A stretch of DNA of 64,000 nt from Anaerohalosphaeraceae bacterium. GTDB lineage: Bacteria; Planctomycetota; Phycisphaerae; Sedimentisphaerales; Anaerohalosphaeraceae. Positions within the stretch are counted from its first letter, which is position 1. Each line of letters begins with the position of its first letter. The notes beneath the pieces are model-generated. The model was given only the letters and a program-made list of their open reading frames with translations. It did not search any database and was not told the origin of the DNA. The DNA is taken from assembly GCA_963675525.2 (NCBI GenBank), contig CAXXSL010000011.1, positions 224,001 through 288,000 of the forward strand, read 5' to 3'. This document shows positions 8,256-18,865 of the stretch, piece after piece. Both the position numbers and the translations under genes were made by a program.

Positions 8256-9203
8256 ATGGAATATCGCAAACTCGGTAAAACAGAACTGATGGTATCGCCG
8301 CTCTGTATCGGCGGCTGGCAATTGGCCGGACCGCTGTTTTTTGACGGCAAACCTGATGGACACCCCGACCCCGGCAAAGAAAACGTCCTGCGACTTATCA
8401 GCGAACTGGGAGACCGGGGGGTTAACTTTATTGACACCGCCGAACAATATGGAAACGGTGAATCGGAACGGCGAGTCGGGCAGGCTATTAAAGGCAAACG
8501 AGAAAAATGGGTCATTTCAACAAAATTCGGCTGCCGGGTCGTGGGCAAGGAAACACGTCTGGACGATTGCAGTCCTCCGACTATTTTGCCGAGCCTGGAA
8601 GGCTCGCTGAAACGGCTTCAAACGGACATGATCGACATCTATCTGTATCACTGCGCCCCGAAAGTCGAAGACCTGGACAAAAGCCGGGAAGTTCTGGAAC
8701 AGGCGAAAAAAGCCGGCAAGATTCGTTACTACGGTATTTCAACGCCCAATTTCGAGCTTATCAAAGCCCTGCACGAGCGTACCATGCTGGATGTCTTGCA
8801 GTACCCCACGAATATTCTAGAACCCCGGGCGGACATCGACAATTTTGTCAGCAAGCATAACATCGGCACACAGATACGCGGCGTCATGGCGCAGGGACGG
8901 CTCAGCGGAAAATATTTTCACAAGGCCGTAAAATGGCAAGGCGATGACAATCGCTCCAACTGGTTTCGGGATGTTGATTACCAGCAGTATGCCATTTTTG
9001 AAAAGGCTGTGCCGGAAGGCGTGACGATGGCGCAAGCAGTAATACGCTGGACACTGGACAATCCAGCCCATCACAGTATTTGTATGGGTGCCAAAAAGAT
9101 GGCCGACTATGAAACAGCGATTGAGGCGGCCCAAATGCCAGCGCTAACCCAAGAGACACGCAACCAATTAGAAAAATGCGCTGCGCAGCTAACAAACAAC
9201 TGA
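8256..9203 (+). CDS. aldo/keto reductase
   Basis: MEYRKLGKT, DTAEQYG.G.SE, ISTKFG, SLKRLQTD.ID.Y.YH. Confidence 0.92.
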   Translation: MEYRKLGKTELMVSPLCIGGWQLAGPLFFDGKPDGHPDPGKENVLRLISELGDRGVNFIDTAEQYGNGESERRVGQAIKGKREKWVISTKFGCRVVGKETRLDDCSPPTILPSLEGSLKRLQTDMIDIYLYHCAPKVEDLDKSREVLEQAKKAGKIRYYGISTPNFELIKALHERTMLDVLQYPTNILEPRADIDNFVSKHNIGTQIRGVMAQGRLSGKYFHKAVKWQGDDNRSNWFRDVDYQQYAIFEKAVPEGVTMAQAVIRWTLDNPAHHSICMGAKKMADYETAIEAAQMPALTQETRNQLEKCAAQLTNN

Positions 9204-9213
9204 CATGTGACTT

Positions 9214-9792
9214 TTAGACATTTCGATTGCGATACAGCGTCGGGTCAACCGTCTCGGCCATGGCTTCGAGATTTAATCCTCCGTCAAGGAAATCGTTTAT
9301 TTTTTCACACTGCGCCTGCGGACCATTGATCATGTCACGATGATTTAGATACAGCACTTTAAAATTGGGTTGTTCGTTGAGCCATTTATCGCACTTATCG
9401 AGTTCGGCCTTGAATAATGCCGCCATCTGTTCGTCGGGTATTGCACCGCCGGGTTTGCCGGAACGCTCGAGCATTTTTCTCTGTGATGCCAGCACTTCGG
9501 TCAAATCCCGCTGCAAGAAGACAACACGATACTCAAAATCAGCGGGCAAATTGTAAAGCAGGCGATACACCATCTTGACAACTTTACCCGCCGCTCCAGG
9601 GACCCACGAAGCATCTTCTTTGGTCTTTTTGACCGGCTCAAATTCATAATATCCTTTGGGATTATCCTCGTCCGCCTTGCGGATATTATCAATCACCGGT
9701 TCGATGCCGCCAGCATGGATCGCCTTCATCATCATTGACGTGCCGGATCGCGGCAGCCCTGAAACAATAATTACATAATTTCGCTTATCCAT
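9214..9792 (-). CDS. sulfotransferase-family protein
   Basis: PAPS-binding loop VSGLPRSGTSMMM; DEDNPKGYYE. Confidence 0.85.
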   Translation of the reverse strand: MDKRNYVIIVSGLPRSGTSMMMKAIHAGGIEPVIDNIRKADEDNPKGYYEFEPVKKTKEDASWVPGAAGKVVKMVYRLLYNLPADFEYRVVFLQRDLTEVLASQRKMLERSGKPGGAIPDEQMAALFKAELDKCDKWLNEQPNFKVLYLNHRDMINGPQAQCEKINDFLDGGLNLEAMAETVDPTLYRNRNV

Positions 9793-9810
9793 ATTTTCCT
9801 TTTCCTCATG

Positions 9811-12513
9811 TTAAACCGTTTGGGGTTTTCGTTTTATCTGTTTAAAGAACTGTCCGACAACGCACGTCAATACACTGGCGACCAATACCAGCAGCCATCC
9901 CTTAATGCCCGGATGAGTCAGGCTTAGAACCTTCGCCGCCAACGGCATGTAAACCGCAATAATCAGCAGGCCTACACACGTTGCCAATGCTCCCCAGACA
10001 AAGGGATTATTCACAATCTCATTATCAAAGATATCCGTCCTTCGCCCTCGCATATTGAAAATATGCCACAACTGCGAAAGGGCCAGTGTCAAAAACGACA
10101 CCGTCACTGCCTGCTCTCGCTCCATCCCCATTTTAAACGCCAGGCCGAAAGCAAGCATCGTCGAAAAAGTAATCAACAGCCCGTAGCTGAAAATTGAGGT
10201 CCATCCACTTTTATTTAAAATCGGCTCATCTGAAGAGCGGGGGGTTGCTTCCATTACCCCGGGGTTACCTTTCCCCGCCCCAAGCGCCAGAGCCGGAAAG
10301 ACATCGGTCACCAGATTCAAAAATAAAATCTGCAGCGGCAGAATCGGCAGCGGCGCGTTGACCACCGAAGCGGCAAAAACCACCATGACCTCACTGATAT
10401 TGCAAGACAACAGATAGACAACGAACTTCCGGATATTCTCAAATATAATCCGACCCTGCTCAACCGCGACAACAATCGTGGAAAACGCATCGTCTTTCAA
10501 GACCATGTCCGCCGCTTCACGGGCCACCTGCGTGCCGCGCAAGCCCATGGCAATCCCAATATCGGCCTTTTTTAACGCCGGCGCATCATTCACGCCGTCG
10601 CCGGTCATGGCCACCACCGCCCCGGCCTGTTGATGAATCGCAATCAAATCCAGCTTTTGTTTGGGACTGACACGCGCAAACACCGGGGTCTGTCGATATC
10701 GCTGCTGCTCTTCAGGCGACAGCTCTTCGATAGGTTTGATGTCTTTGCCAGCAATAACGACATTCTCATCACCATCTGTTAATCCTACGGACGCGGCGAT
10801 GCTGAGAGCGGTTTTTGGATGGTCGCCGGTAACCATAACAATCTGAATCCCCGCATGTTGACAGGCGCGGATCGCATCGCGGACATCTTCCCGGGCCGGG
10901 TCTTCCATGCAAACCAGGCCCACAAATTCAAGATTTTGATAGGGGTCGGCTTCCAGTGAGGCTTCTTCTTTGATTGCCAGAGCCAGTACCCGGTACCCCT
11001 TTTCAGCCAGTTCTTCATTTCGCCGCAGCCAATACGATCTCCATTTCTCATCCATCGGTTGAGGACCTGTTTCGGTCGCAACGGTTGAAGCGTCGGCAAG
11101 AATCGTCTCTACGGCTCCCTTGACCGCAACCCAGTAACTATTGCCAAACCGGTTGAAGGTTGCCATCCGTTTCGTATCCGAATCAAAGGCGTCCTCCTGC
11201 TCTTCGGGGAATTTCTGATTGAGTTTTTCGTAATCAATTGACGCTTTCCGGGCCGCGATCAACAAGGCCACTTCGAGCGGGTCTCCAATGCCCGTTGAAT
11301 CGCCCTGCTCATTCTTCAGAGATGCATTGCTGCACAGTATGCCAATTTCAAGTGCCTTCGTGATGCGTTCATGGCGAAGCGGGTCAATGGTCTGCCCGTC
11401 AATCAAAAATTCCGCGCGGCCCTGTTCATCGAAAGCGGTAATTTTAACATCCTGGTCGGACAAAATCAGGCCGGTTACCGTCATCTTATTTTCGGTAAGC
11501 GTTCCGGTCTTATCGGTACAAATGACACTGACCCCGCCCAGTGTTTCCACCGCCGCCAATTCATTGACAATCGCATTCCTCCGGGCCATCCGCATCATCC
11601 CACGTGCCAGTGCCAGCGTCGCCACAATCGGAAGACCTTCGGGAATCGCCGCCACCGCCAGTGCAATAGCGGTCTCAATCATCACCATGGGATTCTTGCC
11701 GCGAACAATCCCAACCGCGGCGATAATGACAATCAATACCAGCGTCACCCAAAGCAAATTTCGCCCCAGCAGGTCCAGCCGTTTTTCCAGCGGGGTTACC
11801 TCATCCTCGGCCTTTTGAACGAGGTCCGTAATGTGTCCCAGTTCCGTTTCCATGCCGGTCGCGGTGACAATCGCCTCGCCGGAACCGCGTGTGATGGCCG
11901 TCCCTTTAAAGAGCATGTTCGTACGATCCGCCAATCCCGCAGATTCGTCAATCGGCTCGATTCGCTTGGACACCGGCATAGATTCCCCGGTCAGCACGGA
12001 CTCATCGGCCTGAAGCTTGCCCGAGACCAGCAGCCGCATATCGGCGCTGACAATGTCGCCGCCTTCGAGAATCACGACATCCCCCGGCACTAACTGAACA
12101 GCCGGGATTTCTCGAATCTTCCCATTGCGGCGGACCTTTGCGGTCACCCGTTCCATTTGATGCAGCGATTCCATCGAACGAATCGCTTTTAACTCCATGA
12201 AAAAACCGATCGCCGTATTGATGGCAATAACACCGGTAATCGCCAACCCATCCATCCACTCATGGAATGCAAATGACAACAGCGCAGCGGCCGCCAGCAG
12301 AATCACAATCAGGCTTTTAACTTGATTCAGCAGGATTTGGCTAAGATGCACCTTTTCGGCCTGGCGAAGACGATTCAGTCCATACAGTTTAACAAACCGC
12401 AAAACCTGCCTGTCTTTGAGCCCTTTGTCACGCGCAACATCAAAGTGCTGTAAAATAGCGTCGGTATCCTGTCCCCATGGACTCATAATAACGCTTGCCT
12501 TTTCCGGATTCAT
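9811..12513 (-). CDS. cation-transporting P-type ATPase (type II, Ca2+-like)
   Basis: TGES, PEGL, DKTGT phosphorylation site, TGD, GDGVNDAP; start uncertain (12513 or 12486). Confidence 0.95.
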   Translation of the reverse strand: MNPEKASVIMSPWGQDTDAILQHFDVARDKGLKDRQVLRFVKLYGLNRLRQAEKVHLSQILLNQVKSLIVILLAAAALLSFAFHEWMDGLAITGVIAINTAIGFFMELKAIRSMESLHQMERVTAKVRRNGKIREIPAVQLVPGDVVILEGGDIVSADMRLLVSGKLQADESVLTGESMPVSKRIEPIDESAGLADRTNMLFKGTAITRGSGEAIVTATGMETELGHITDLVQKAEDEVTPLEKRLDLLGRNLLWVTLVLIVIIAAVGIVRGKNPMVMIETAIALAVAAIPEGLPIVATLALARGMMRMARRNAIVNELAAVETLGGVSVICTDKTGTLTENKMTVTGLILSDQDVKITAFDEQGRAEFLIDGQTIDPLRHERITKALEIGILCSNASLKNEQGDSTGIGDPLEVALLIAARKASIDYEKLNQKFPEEQEDAFDSDTKRMATFNRFGNSYWVAVKGAVETILADASTVATETGPQPMDEKWRSYWLRRNEELAEKGYRVLALAIKEEASLEADPYQNLEFVGLVCMEDPAREDVRDAIRACQHAGIQIVMVTGDHPKTALSIAASVGLTDGDENVVIAGKDIKPIEELSPEEQQRYRQTPVFARVSPKQKLDLIAIHQQAGAVVAMTGDGVNDAPALKKADIGIAMGLRGTQVAREAADMVLKDDAFSTIVVAVEQGRIIFENIRKFVVYLLSCNISEVMVVFAASVVNAPLPILPLQILFLNLVTDVFPALALGAGKGNPGVMEATPRSSDEPILNKSGWTSIFSYGLLITFSTMLAFGLAFKMGMEREQAVTVSFLTLALSQLWHIFNMRGRRTDIFDNEIVNNPFVWGALATCVGLLIIAVYMPLAAKVLSLTHPGIKGWLLVLVASVLTCVVGQFFKQIKRKPQTV

Positions 12514-12736
12514 TCTGTAGGCCTCAATTCCTGTCTCATCATTTCGCGGTTTCAAAACAACAATCTGTCTTTATAATAACGAACGAATATAGTCTGTGTT
12601 GCATTCATAATCGGCATGTCTGAAAATACCCCTTTTTCATCGTGATTTCAAGCACATTCACAAATCCTCTTGAAAAGACTGCTCTTTCTGGTACGATAAC
12701 ACCATAAAATTCAATCTTCAGGGATAGACGGATATT

Positions 12737-13924
12737 ATGAAAACATACGAACAGATCAGTGACCGCATCGAATCCGGCAAGGCCGTGGTTTTAACGGCTG
12801 ACGAAATCGCCGATTACGTGGACAAAAAAGGGCTTCAAGCCGCGGCTAAAGAGGTGGACGTTGTGACAACGGCCACCTTCGGGCCCATGTGCTCGTCGGG
12901 CTGCTTTTTGAACTTTGGCCATTCCAAACCCAAAATCCGCATGTCAGAGGCATGGATTCAGGATGTTCTGGTTTATACCGGCATTGCGGCGGTGGATGTG
13001 TATCTGGGAGCAACCCAGCTTCGGCATGGTGACCCGGCCAATATGTATCCGCCGGGAGAATTCCGGTATGGCGGCGGCCATGTCATGGAGGACCTTATCG
13101 CAGGCAAGTCGCTTCAGTTGTTCGCCCTGTCTTACGGCACCGACTGCTATCCGCTGCGTGAACTGAGGACCTATTTTACTATTCAGGATTTGAACCAGGC
13201 CATCATGGTCAATCCCCGAAATTGCTACCAGAACTATAATGTGGCGATCAACAATTCGGACCGGACGATCTATACCTACATGGGCCGGTTGGAACCGAAT
13301 CAGAAAAATGCCAACTACTGCTCTGCCGGTCAGCTTTCGCCGCTGTTGAATGACCCTACCTATGAAACCATCGGCATCGGCACACGCGTCTGGCTGGGAG
13401 GGGCGCAGGGTCATGTTTATGCAGAGGGAACCCAACACGCCGGCGGATGCGAACGAACGCCGGGCGGGGTTCCCGTCGAAGGCGCAGGAACGCTGGCATT
13501 GACGGCCGATATGAAACAGATGAAACAGGAGTTTGTCCGCGGCGTCAGTTTTCCCGGTTATGGTGTCTCACTGGCACTGGGTGTTGGAATCCCGATCCCG
13601 ATATTGAATGAAGACATCCTCAAGCGGACGTGTGTGCGGGACCGGGATATTCTGGCGCCCGTCATTGATTACAGTTCAGATTACCCGCAAAAAACCGGTA
13701 ATATCATTTGTCAGGTCAACTACGAGCAACTGCGCAGCGGAGAAATACAAATCAACGGCAAAAAAGTACAGGTCGGGTCGCTATCGTCCTACTATAAGGC
13801 ACTGGAGATCGCCAATCTGCTGGCTGACGAAATTCGACGAGGTGATTTCCAGATTACCAAACCAATCGCCGCGCTGCCGAAAGATAAGACCATGAAGCCG
13901 CTTATCAAAAGGAAACAAAAATAA
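12737..13924 (+). CDS. homocysteine biosynthesis protein (DUF39; L-aspartate semialdehyde sulfurtransferase-like, MA1821 family) without CBS domains
   Basis: VDVVTTATFGPMCSSG, YGGGHV, YGTDCYP, NPRNCYQNY, SPLLNDP, GTQH. Confidence 0.9.
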   Translation: MKTYEQISDRIESGKAVVLTADEIADYVDKKGLQAAAKEVDVVTTATFGPMCSSGCFLNFGHSKPKIRMSEAWIQDVLVYTGIAAVDVYLGATQLRHGDPANMYPPGEFRYGGGHVMEDLIAGKSLQLFALSYGTDCYPLRELRTYFTIQDLNQAIMVNPRNCYQNYNVAINNSDRTIYTYMGRLEPNQKNANYCSAGQLSPLLNDPTYETIGIGTRVWLGGAQGHVYAEGTQHAGGCERTPGGVPVEGAGTLALTADMKQMKQEFVRGVSFPGYGVSLALGVGIPIPILNEDILKRTCVRDRDILAPVIDYSSDYPQKTGNIICQVNYEQLRSGEIQINGKKVQVGSLSSYYKALEIANLLADEIRRGDFQITKPIAALPKDKTMKPLIKRKQK

Positions 13925-14343
13925 TGAGTGAGATGATTACGAAAAAACTCATGTTGTATTTTCCGAAGTGTGAATGCGAGAAACCGATTATCTATCATTT
14001 GGTAAAAGATTATGACCTCGTCGTCAATGTCTTTCGCGCGAAAGTGACACCGGAAGAAGAAGGCTTCCTCGTCCTCGATGTCACGGGCACAGAAGCACAG
14101 ATACAACGCGGTATTGATTTTGTCAAGACCTTCAATGTAACTGTTAATTTCAGCGGCAAAGGCGTCACGCGGGACGAGACAAAATGCACCCATTGCGGCT
14201 ATTGTGTTCCCTACTGTCCCACCGGTGCCCTGAATATTCTCGACGGCCAAACCCGGCAAGTTGTTTACGATGAATCCAAATGTATCGAGTGCCTGGCATG
14301 TGTCCGCGTTTGTCCCTACGGTGCGTGTACGGCGGCGTTCTAA
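13924..14343 (+). CDS. NIL domain + 2x[4Fe-4S] ferredoxin (MA1822 family)
   Basis: KPIIYHLVKDYDL..N..RA NIL domain; CTHCGYC...CP and CIECLAC...CP. Confidence 0.9.
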   Translation: MSEMITKKLMLYFPKCECEKPIIYHLVKDYDLVVNVFRAKVTPEEEGFLVLDVTGTEAQIQRGIDFVKTFNVTVNFSGKGVTRDETKCTHCGYCVPYCPTGALNILDGQTRQVVYDESKCIECLACVRVCPYGACTAAF

Positions 14344-14352
14344 ACAAACCGC

Positions 14353-15054
14353 ATGAATCGCAAACGAACCTACAAAACATTTATTCATAAAGAGGCGGTC
14401 TTTCGCATCTGCTGTGATTGCTTTGACGTGGTGACACAGGAAATTCTCCGGCAGCGTAAAACACTGGAGGACTATATTCAAACCCAGCCGGATTTTCAGC
14501 ATGCGATGAAGCCGGTTGAACTGCGGCCCGACGCTCCCGAAGCGGTACAACGCATGGCCCGTGCGGCGGCGCTGGTCGGCGTGGGTCCGATGGCGGCGGT
14601 AGCGGGCGTTATGGCACAACTTGCCGCCGAAGCCGGTCTCGGAGCCGGCGCCGAAGAAGCTATCGTTGAAAACGGCGGCGATATTTATCTGCAAACTATC
14701 GAACCGGTTGTCATCGGCCTTTTTTCCGGCGGCTCTGAAAAAATTAATCAACTTGCATTTGAATTACAACCCGACAGCACACCCGTTTCCATCTGTTCAT
14801 CCTCCGGCAAAATGGGACATTCGATGAGTCTGGGACATTGCGATCTGGCAACCGTTGTCGCCAAAGACGCCGCCCTGGCGGATGCGGCCGCGACACACGC
14901 CGCAAATCTCGTCAGGAAAAGCGACGAAGTCGAAGCTGCATTAAATCAAATTGTAAGCATTGAAGGCATTGATGGCGTCCTGATTGTCAAAGACGGACAC
15001 GTGGGACTGGCCGGAAAACTGCCCCCTTTGACCAAAAGAACAACTCCAAACTAA
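14353..15054 (+). CDS. UPF0280/ApbE-like protein (MA1715 family)
   Basis: VGPMAAVAG, ENGGDI, CSSSGKMGHSMSLG, ADAAAT. Confidence 0.9.
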   Translation: MNRKRTYKTFIHKEAVFRICCDCFDVVTQEILRQRKTLEDYIQTQPDFQHAMKPVELRPDAPEAVQRMARAAALVGVGPMAAVAGVMAQLAAEAGLGAGAEEAIVENGGDIYLQTIEPVVIGLFSGGSEKINQLAFELQPDSTPVSICSSSGKMGHSMSLGHCDLATVVAKDAALADAAATHAANLVRKSDEVEAALNQIVSIEGIDGVLIVKDGHVGLAGKLPPLTKRTTPN

Positions 15055-15061
15055 CTTAATT

Positions 15062-16021
15062 CTAAGGAATTAACACTATTTTCCCGCAATGGGCTGATTC
15101 CATAATGGCGTGATGCGCTTTGGCGGCCTCGCTTAACGGCAATTCCTGTGCAATCACCGGACAAAGTGTGCCATCCGTAAGCCCCGTTTCAATGGCTTTA
15201 TAGGCCTGTGTTTTTTCGGCCTCGCTCGCTAAAGAAGACATCGTCCCCAAAATGCTGATTTCCCGTGACATGATATCACGCGGGTCGATTTGGACCGGGC
15301 CGCGGCTGCCGATAATCACAACCTGTCCTTTTTTGGCCATTACCGTCAAGTCCTTTCCGAGATTGACATTGGCCAGCATCTCCAAAAGAATATCCACCCC
15401 CTGCCCATCTGTAAAATCGAGCACCTTATCGAAATGCCCCGGAACATGATGGTCCAGCACAAGGTCAGCGCCCTGCTCAAGAAGTAACTGACGCCCTTGT
15501 TCAGTCCCAGCCGTAGCAATGATTTTGAGACCCGCGGCCTTTGCAAATTGTACCGCCGCAAGCCCGACACCGCCGCTGGCTCCATGAATGAACGCCATTT
15601 GACCCGCTGCGGCATGGACACGCTGAAAAAGTGCCCGATACGCTGTCCCATACGGAACCCCTAGCGCCGCGCCTTGAGAAAAGCTGATATTATCCGGCAA
15701 CGAATGCACCTGCATCCCGTGACACAGGCACTGCTCTGCATACGTTCCGCTAACAGAGCCGGATATAAATATCCGCTGTCCGACGGCAACATGCCCAACC
15801 GCCTCGCCAACCTGCCGGACCACCCCGGCCGCGTCAATTCCCGACGTATAAGGAAATTTTCTCGAGCCATACAATCCAGCACGAATGTAGGTATCCACGG
15901 GATTGACCCCCACAGCCTTGATGTCGATCAAAATCTGGTCTGCTGACGGAACCGGCAATGCAACATCCTCGATCCGCATCACCTCCGGGGGGCCGAATTC
16001 TTGAATCCGTATCGCCTTCAT
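15062..16021 (-). CDS. NADPH:quinone reductase (zeta-crystallin MDR family)
   Basis: MKAIRI.EFGPPEV, GVNPVDTYIRAG, HGASGGVG. Confidence 0.92.
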   Translation of the reverse strand: MKAIRIQEFGPPEVMRIEDVALPVPSADQILIDIKAVGVNPVDTYIRAGLYGSRKFPYTSGIDAAGVVRQVGEAVGHVAVGQRIFISGSVSGTYAEQCLCHGMQVHSLPDNISFSQGAALGVPYGTAYRALFQRVHAAAGQMAFIHGASGGVGLAAVQFAKAAGLKIIATAGTEQGRQLLLEQGADLVLDHHVPGHFDKVLDFTDGQGVDILLEMLANVNLGKDLTVMAKKGQVVIIGSRGPVQIDPRDIMSREISILGTMSSLASEAEKTQAYKAIETGLTDGTLCPVIAQELPLSEAAKAHHAIMESAHCGKIVLIP

Positions 16022-16228
16022 TCTATTTTCCCTCGCCTTTCGTTTGGTTAAAAGAACAGGTAAAACATACACGATTTAATCAGAACTTCAAGAAAAACCA
16101 CTCTAAATCATCTCTTCCGTACAGTCTTTAGCCGTTCCCAAACGATATTTTCTTGGAAATCCGATGCATTTCTGGTACCCTGTTGTATATACTGTTTGCA
16201 GCGTGTCCTTTTTGTATGATTATAGGAG

Positions 16229-17809
16229 ATGGGCATGAAAACAAGATCGGACTACGGGGTATTTCTTTTAGTACTGTTACTTATCAGTTCCGCTGCGTTC
16301 GCAACGGCCCTTGACGATTATGTCTCGCTGGCGGATGCCAATTATACATGGAACCAGGTCGATTCGTTAACCCAGTACATCCTGATCTTTATACCCCTCA
16401 CAACTTCCTATTCGCTTGAGATGACCTCACAGGCCTGGCGCGAACCCAATGAGGTGGACACAACCGTCTGGACCCACTGGGTGACGATCACGAAGCGATA
16501 CAATGATTCATCGCTAAAAGATACGGCCCTGATCCTGATCAACGGCGGGGATATCAATGAGCCGGCACCCAGCATCGATCCGGCCGTCGACCCGAACAAT
16601 CAGCAGTTTCGTGATCTTGCTTATGCTACAAATTCGATGATCGTGGAGCTGCGCGGCGTACCCAATCAGCCGCTGCAGTTTGCCGACGAAGGTTTCACAC
16701 GCAGCGAAGATGAGATCATCGCGTACAGTTGGGACAAGTTTCTCAACGGCAGCGACGATTTCTGGCCGGTGCAGTTGCCGATGGTCAAGTCCGTCATTGC
16801 CTGCATGGATGCTGTTCAGGAATTTGACCCCACGATCCAACACTTTGTCCTGGCCGGCGGCTCCAAACGCGGCTGGACGGCATGGCTGACGGCGGCGGTT
16901 GACAACCGCGTCACCGCCATCGCCCCCATCGTCAGCGACCTGCTGAACATGCGGCGAAGCTTTGCACATCAGTGGTCCTGTTATGGTTTCTGGGCCGATG
17001 CGCTGAGTCCCTATGAGGACATGGGCATTTTCGACTGGTTTGATACCGCAAGAGCCGATGAGTTGGTGACCATTGTCGATCCCTATGAATACCGCGACCG
17101 GCTGAACATCCCGAAGTTTATTGTGACTGCGGCTGGTGACGATTTCTTTGTACATGATTCCATTCAGTTCTATATTGACGACCTGTTGGGCGAAACGTAT
17201 GTACGCACGGTGCCGAATACCAACCATTATCTCGACGGCGCCTTTCAGGAGGTCTTTGAAAATATGGTGCCGTATTATGATGCGTTCTTAAGAACCGACC
17301 CTCGTCCGCAGTTTGACTGGACATTAAATGATGACGGCTCAATGACCGTGACGACAACTGGTACTTATACTCCGGACAGCGTTCTCTTGTGGCAGGCGGA
17401 TAACCCAACCGCGCGTGATTTTCGACGGGTCACCATCGGCGATGCCTGGACGTTCACTCCGCTGAGCGAAGATTCGCCCGGTGTATATATCGCCGACCCC
17501 GGTGTGCCATTAGTTGGCTGGCGGTCCTATTTTATCGAGTTGGTCTATGATTACGTAACACCCTCGACTGGCATCAGTGATAAGGACTATCACCTCACCA
17601 CGGAGATGCGCGTTGTGCCCGAGGTGCGCCCATTCGAGGCGGACTTAACTCGTGACCGCCTGACCGATGCGGACGATTTGGGAGTATTGGCGGATAGATG
17701 GCTGACCGATACACCATATTATGACATCATGCCGCGACGCACCGGCGACGGGATCATCAACCTGTCCGAAATGAGCGTTTTTTCGCTGCACTGGCTGGAA
17801 AGTAATTAA
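16229..17809 (+). CDS. secreted PqaA (PhoPQ-activated pathogenicity) family alpha/beta hydrolase with C-terminal dockerin-like domain
   Basis: signal peptide; TALDDYV, SQAW, EDEIIAYSW, GGSKRGWTAW; tail ADLTRD..DADDL...RWL / GDGIINL.E..FSLHWL. Confidence 0.88.
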   Translation: MGMKTRSDYGVFLLVLLLISSAAFATALDDYVSLADANYTWNQVDSLTQYILIFIPLTTSYSLEMTSQAWREPNEVDTTVWTHWVTITKRYNDSSLKDTALILINGGDINEPAPSIDPAVDPNNQQFRDLAYATNSMIVELRGVPNQPLQFADEGFTRSEDEIIAYSWDKFLNGSDDFWPVQLPMVKSVIACMDAVQEFDPTIQHFVLAGGSKRGWTAWLTAAVDNRVTAIAPIVSDLLNMRRSFAHQWSCYGFWADALSPYEDMGIFDWFDTARADELVTIVDPYEYRDRLNIPKFIVTAAGDDFFVHDSIQFYIDDLLGETYVRTVPNTNHYLDGAFQEVFENMVPYYDAFLRTDPRPQFDWTLNDDGSMTVTTTGTYTPDSVLLWQADNPTARDFRRVTIGDAWTFTPLSEDSPGVYIADPGVPLVGWRSYFIELVYDYVTPSTGISDKDYHLTTEMRVVPEVRPFEADLTRDRLTDADDLGVLADRWLTDTPYYDIMPRRTGDGIINLSEMSVFSLHWLESN

Positions 17810-17857
17810 ATACTGATTTCCCATTTCAACCCATGCCGAAAGCAGTATACAAAGTTA

Positions 17858-17886
17858 TTGACACAAAAAGCAGGTTCTGCTATAGT
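17858..17886 (+). promoter_or_regulatory. sigma70 promoter of tRNA-Arg
   Basis: TTGACA-N17-TATAGT. Confidence 0.75.
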
Positions 17887-17899
17887 CCCCAAATCTCAA

Positions 17900-17973
<74 letters not shown>

Positions 17974-18011
17974 TTGCTTATTTTGCCATAAAACAGTGGT
18001 TTTGTGCCCTT

Positions 18012-18422
18012 TTACGGCATTCTTCGGATTTGAGATTTCACCCATCGCACCCAGAACCCCACCCCCGTTTTATGCCGTTTTATGCCGTTTTGTGCCGCTT
18101 GACGCTGACGGATGCGTGATAGTTGCGTGATGAGTTCCACCCCCAAGACAAGCCGATCCAACCGCATCCACACAGACCGGATCCGTCCCCGTCCTGACTG
18201 CCCTTTGTGGTCTGAGATCCGGTCGATCCACTGGTGCAACTCCGGACAGTCCTGTCCGTTCTTGCATGACGAGATCAGTCTCTTCAGATTAGAATCCAGT
18301 GACTGTGCAGACCCTTTGTCCGTCCCGGCACAGACCTAATGTTCCTTCCGGTTATGATCATAAAATGTCACATACCATGATCTGCTTGTTTTATTGTTTC
18401 GTTTGAGTTTTCTGACTGCCAT
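18012..18422 (-). pseudogene. decayed tyrosine-integrase N-terminal remnant (in-frame TAG at 18336-18338, catalytic domain absent)
   Basis: MAVRKLKRNNKTSRSWYVTFYDHNRKEH*VCAGTDKGSAQSLDSNLKRLISSCKNGQDCPELHQWIDRI resembles planctomycete phage-integrase arm-binding N-termini as I recall them; next to and pointing toward the tRNA 3' end. Confidence 0.5.
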
Positions 18423-18642
18423 AGTCTACTCCCATCATGTCATTAACAGTTGTTGACCGCTCTTTGTGTTTATGAATAATTTCGGCAATGAATTTTATTA
18501 TAATATCAAGAATAGCCGTTATGCATCCAGCTATAACTAATGACCAAAATGCAATAACAATAAATCTAACCCATAAATATTCTTCATATGAAGACTCCCA
18601 GAGTCCCGCTGCTCCCAGAACATTAAAAGCCATGACTGCCAT
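18391..18642 (-). CDS. small single-TM hypothetical protein
   Basis: GGAG RBS + ATG GCA GTC; one long hydrophobic helix. Confidence 0.5.
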   Translation of the reverse strand: MAVMAFNVLGAAGLWESSYEEYLWVRFIVIAFWSLVIAGCITAILDIIIKFIAEIIHKHKERSTTVNDMMGVDYGSQKTQTKQ

Positions 18643-18865
18643 GGTCAACTCCTGTATAATCTTCCCCTGTTAGATCTTTAACATTTTCTGACTTTTTCTT
18701 GTTCTGTCTTTTCGAACGAACAATAACTTCTATTACGCACAGAATCACTATCAGTATAACATATGCATAGATGACAATATCAACCCATTCAGGCCAATCA
18801 TCATATAATCCTGCCAATCCCAGAGAAGCATTAGACATGTTTTCAAGCATCACATTCTCTTTCAT
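18623..18865 (-). CDS. small single-TM hypothetical protein
   Basis: hydrophobic helix followed by basic RSKRQNKKK; start uncertain. Confidence 0.5.
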   Translation of the reverse strand: MKENVMLENMSNASLGLAGLYDDWPEWVDIVIYAYVILIVILCVIEVIVRSKRQNKKKSENVKDLTGEDYTGVDHGSHGF

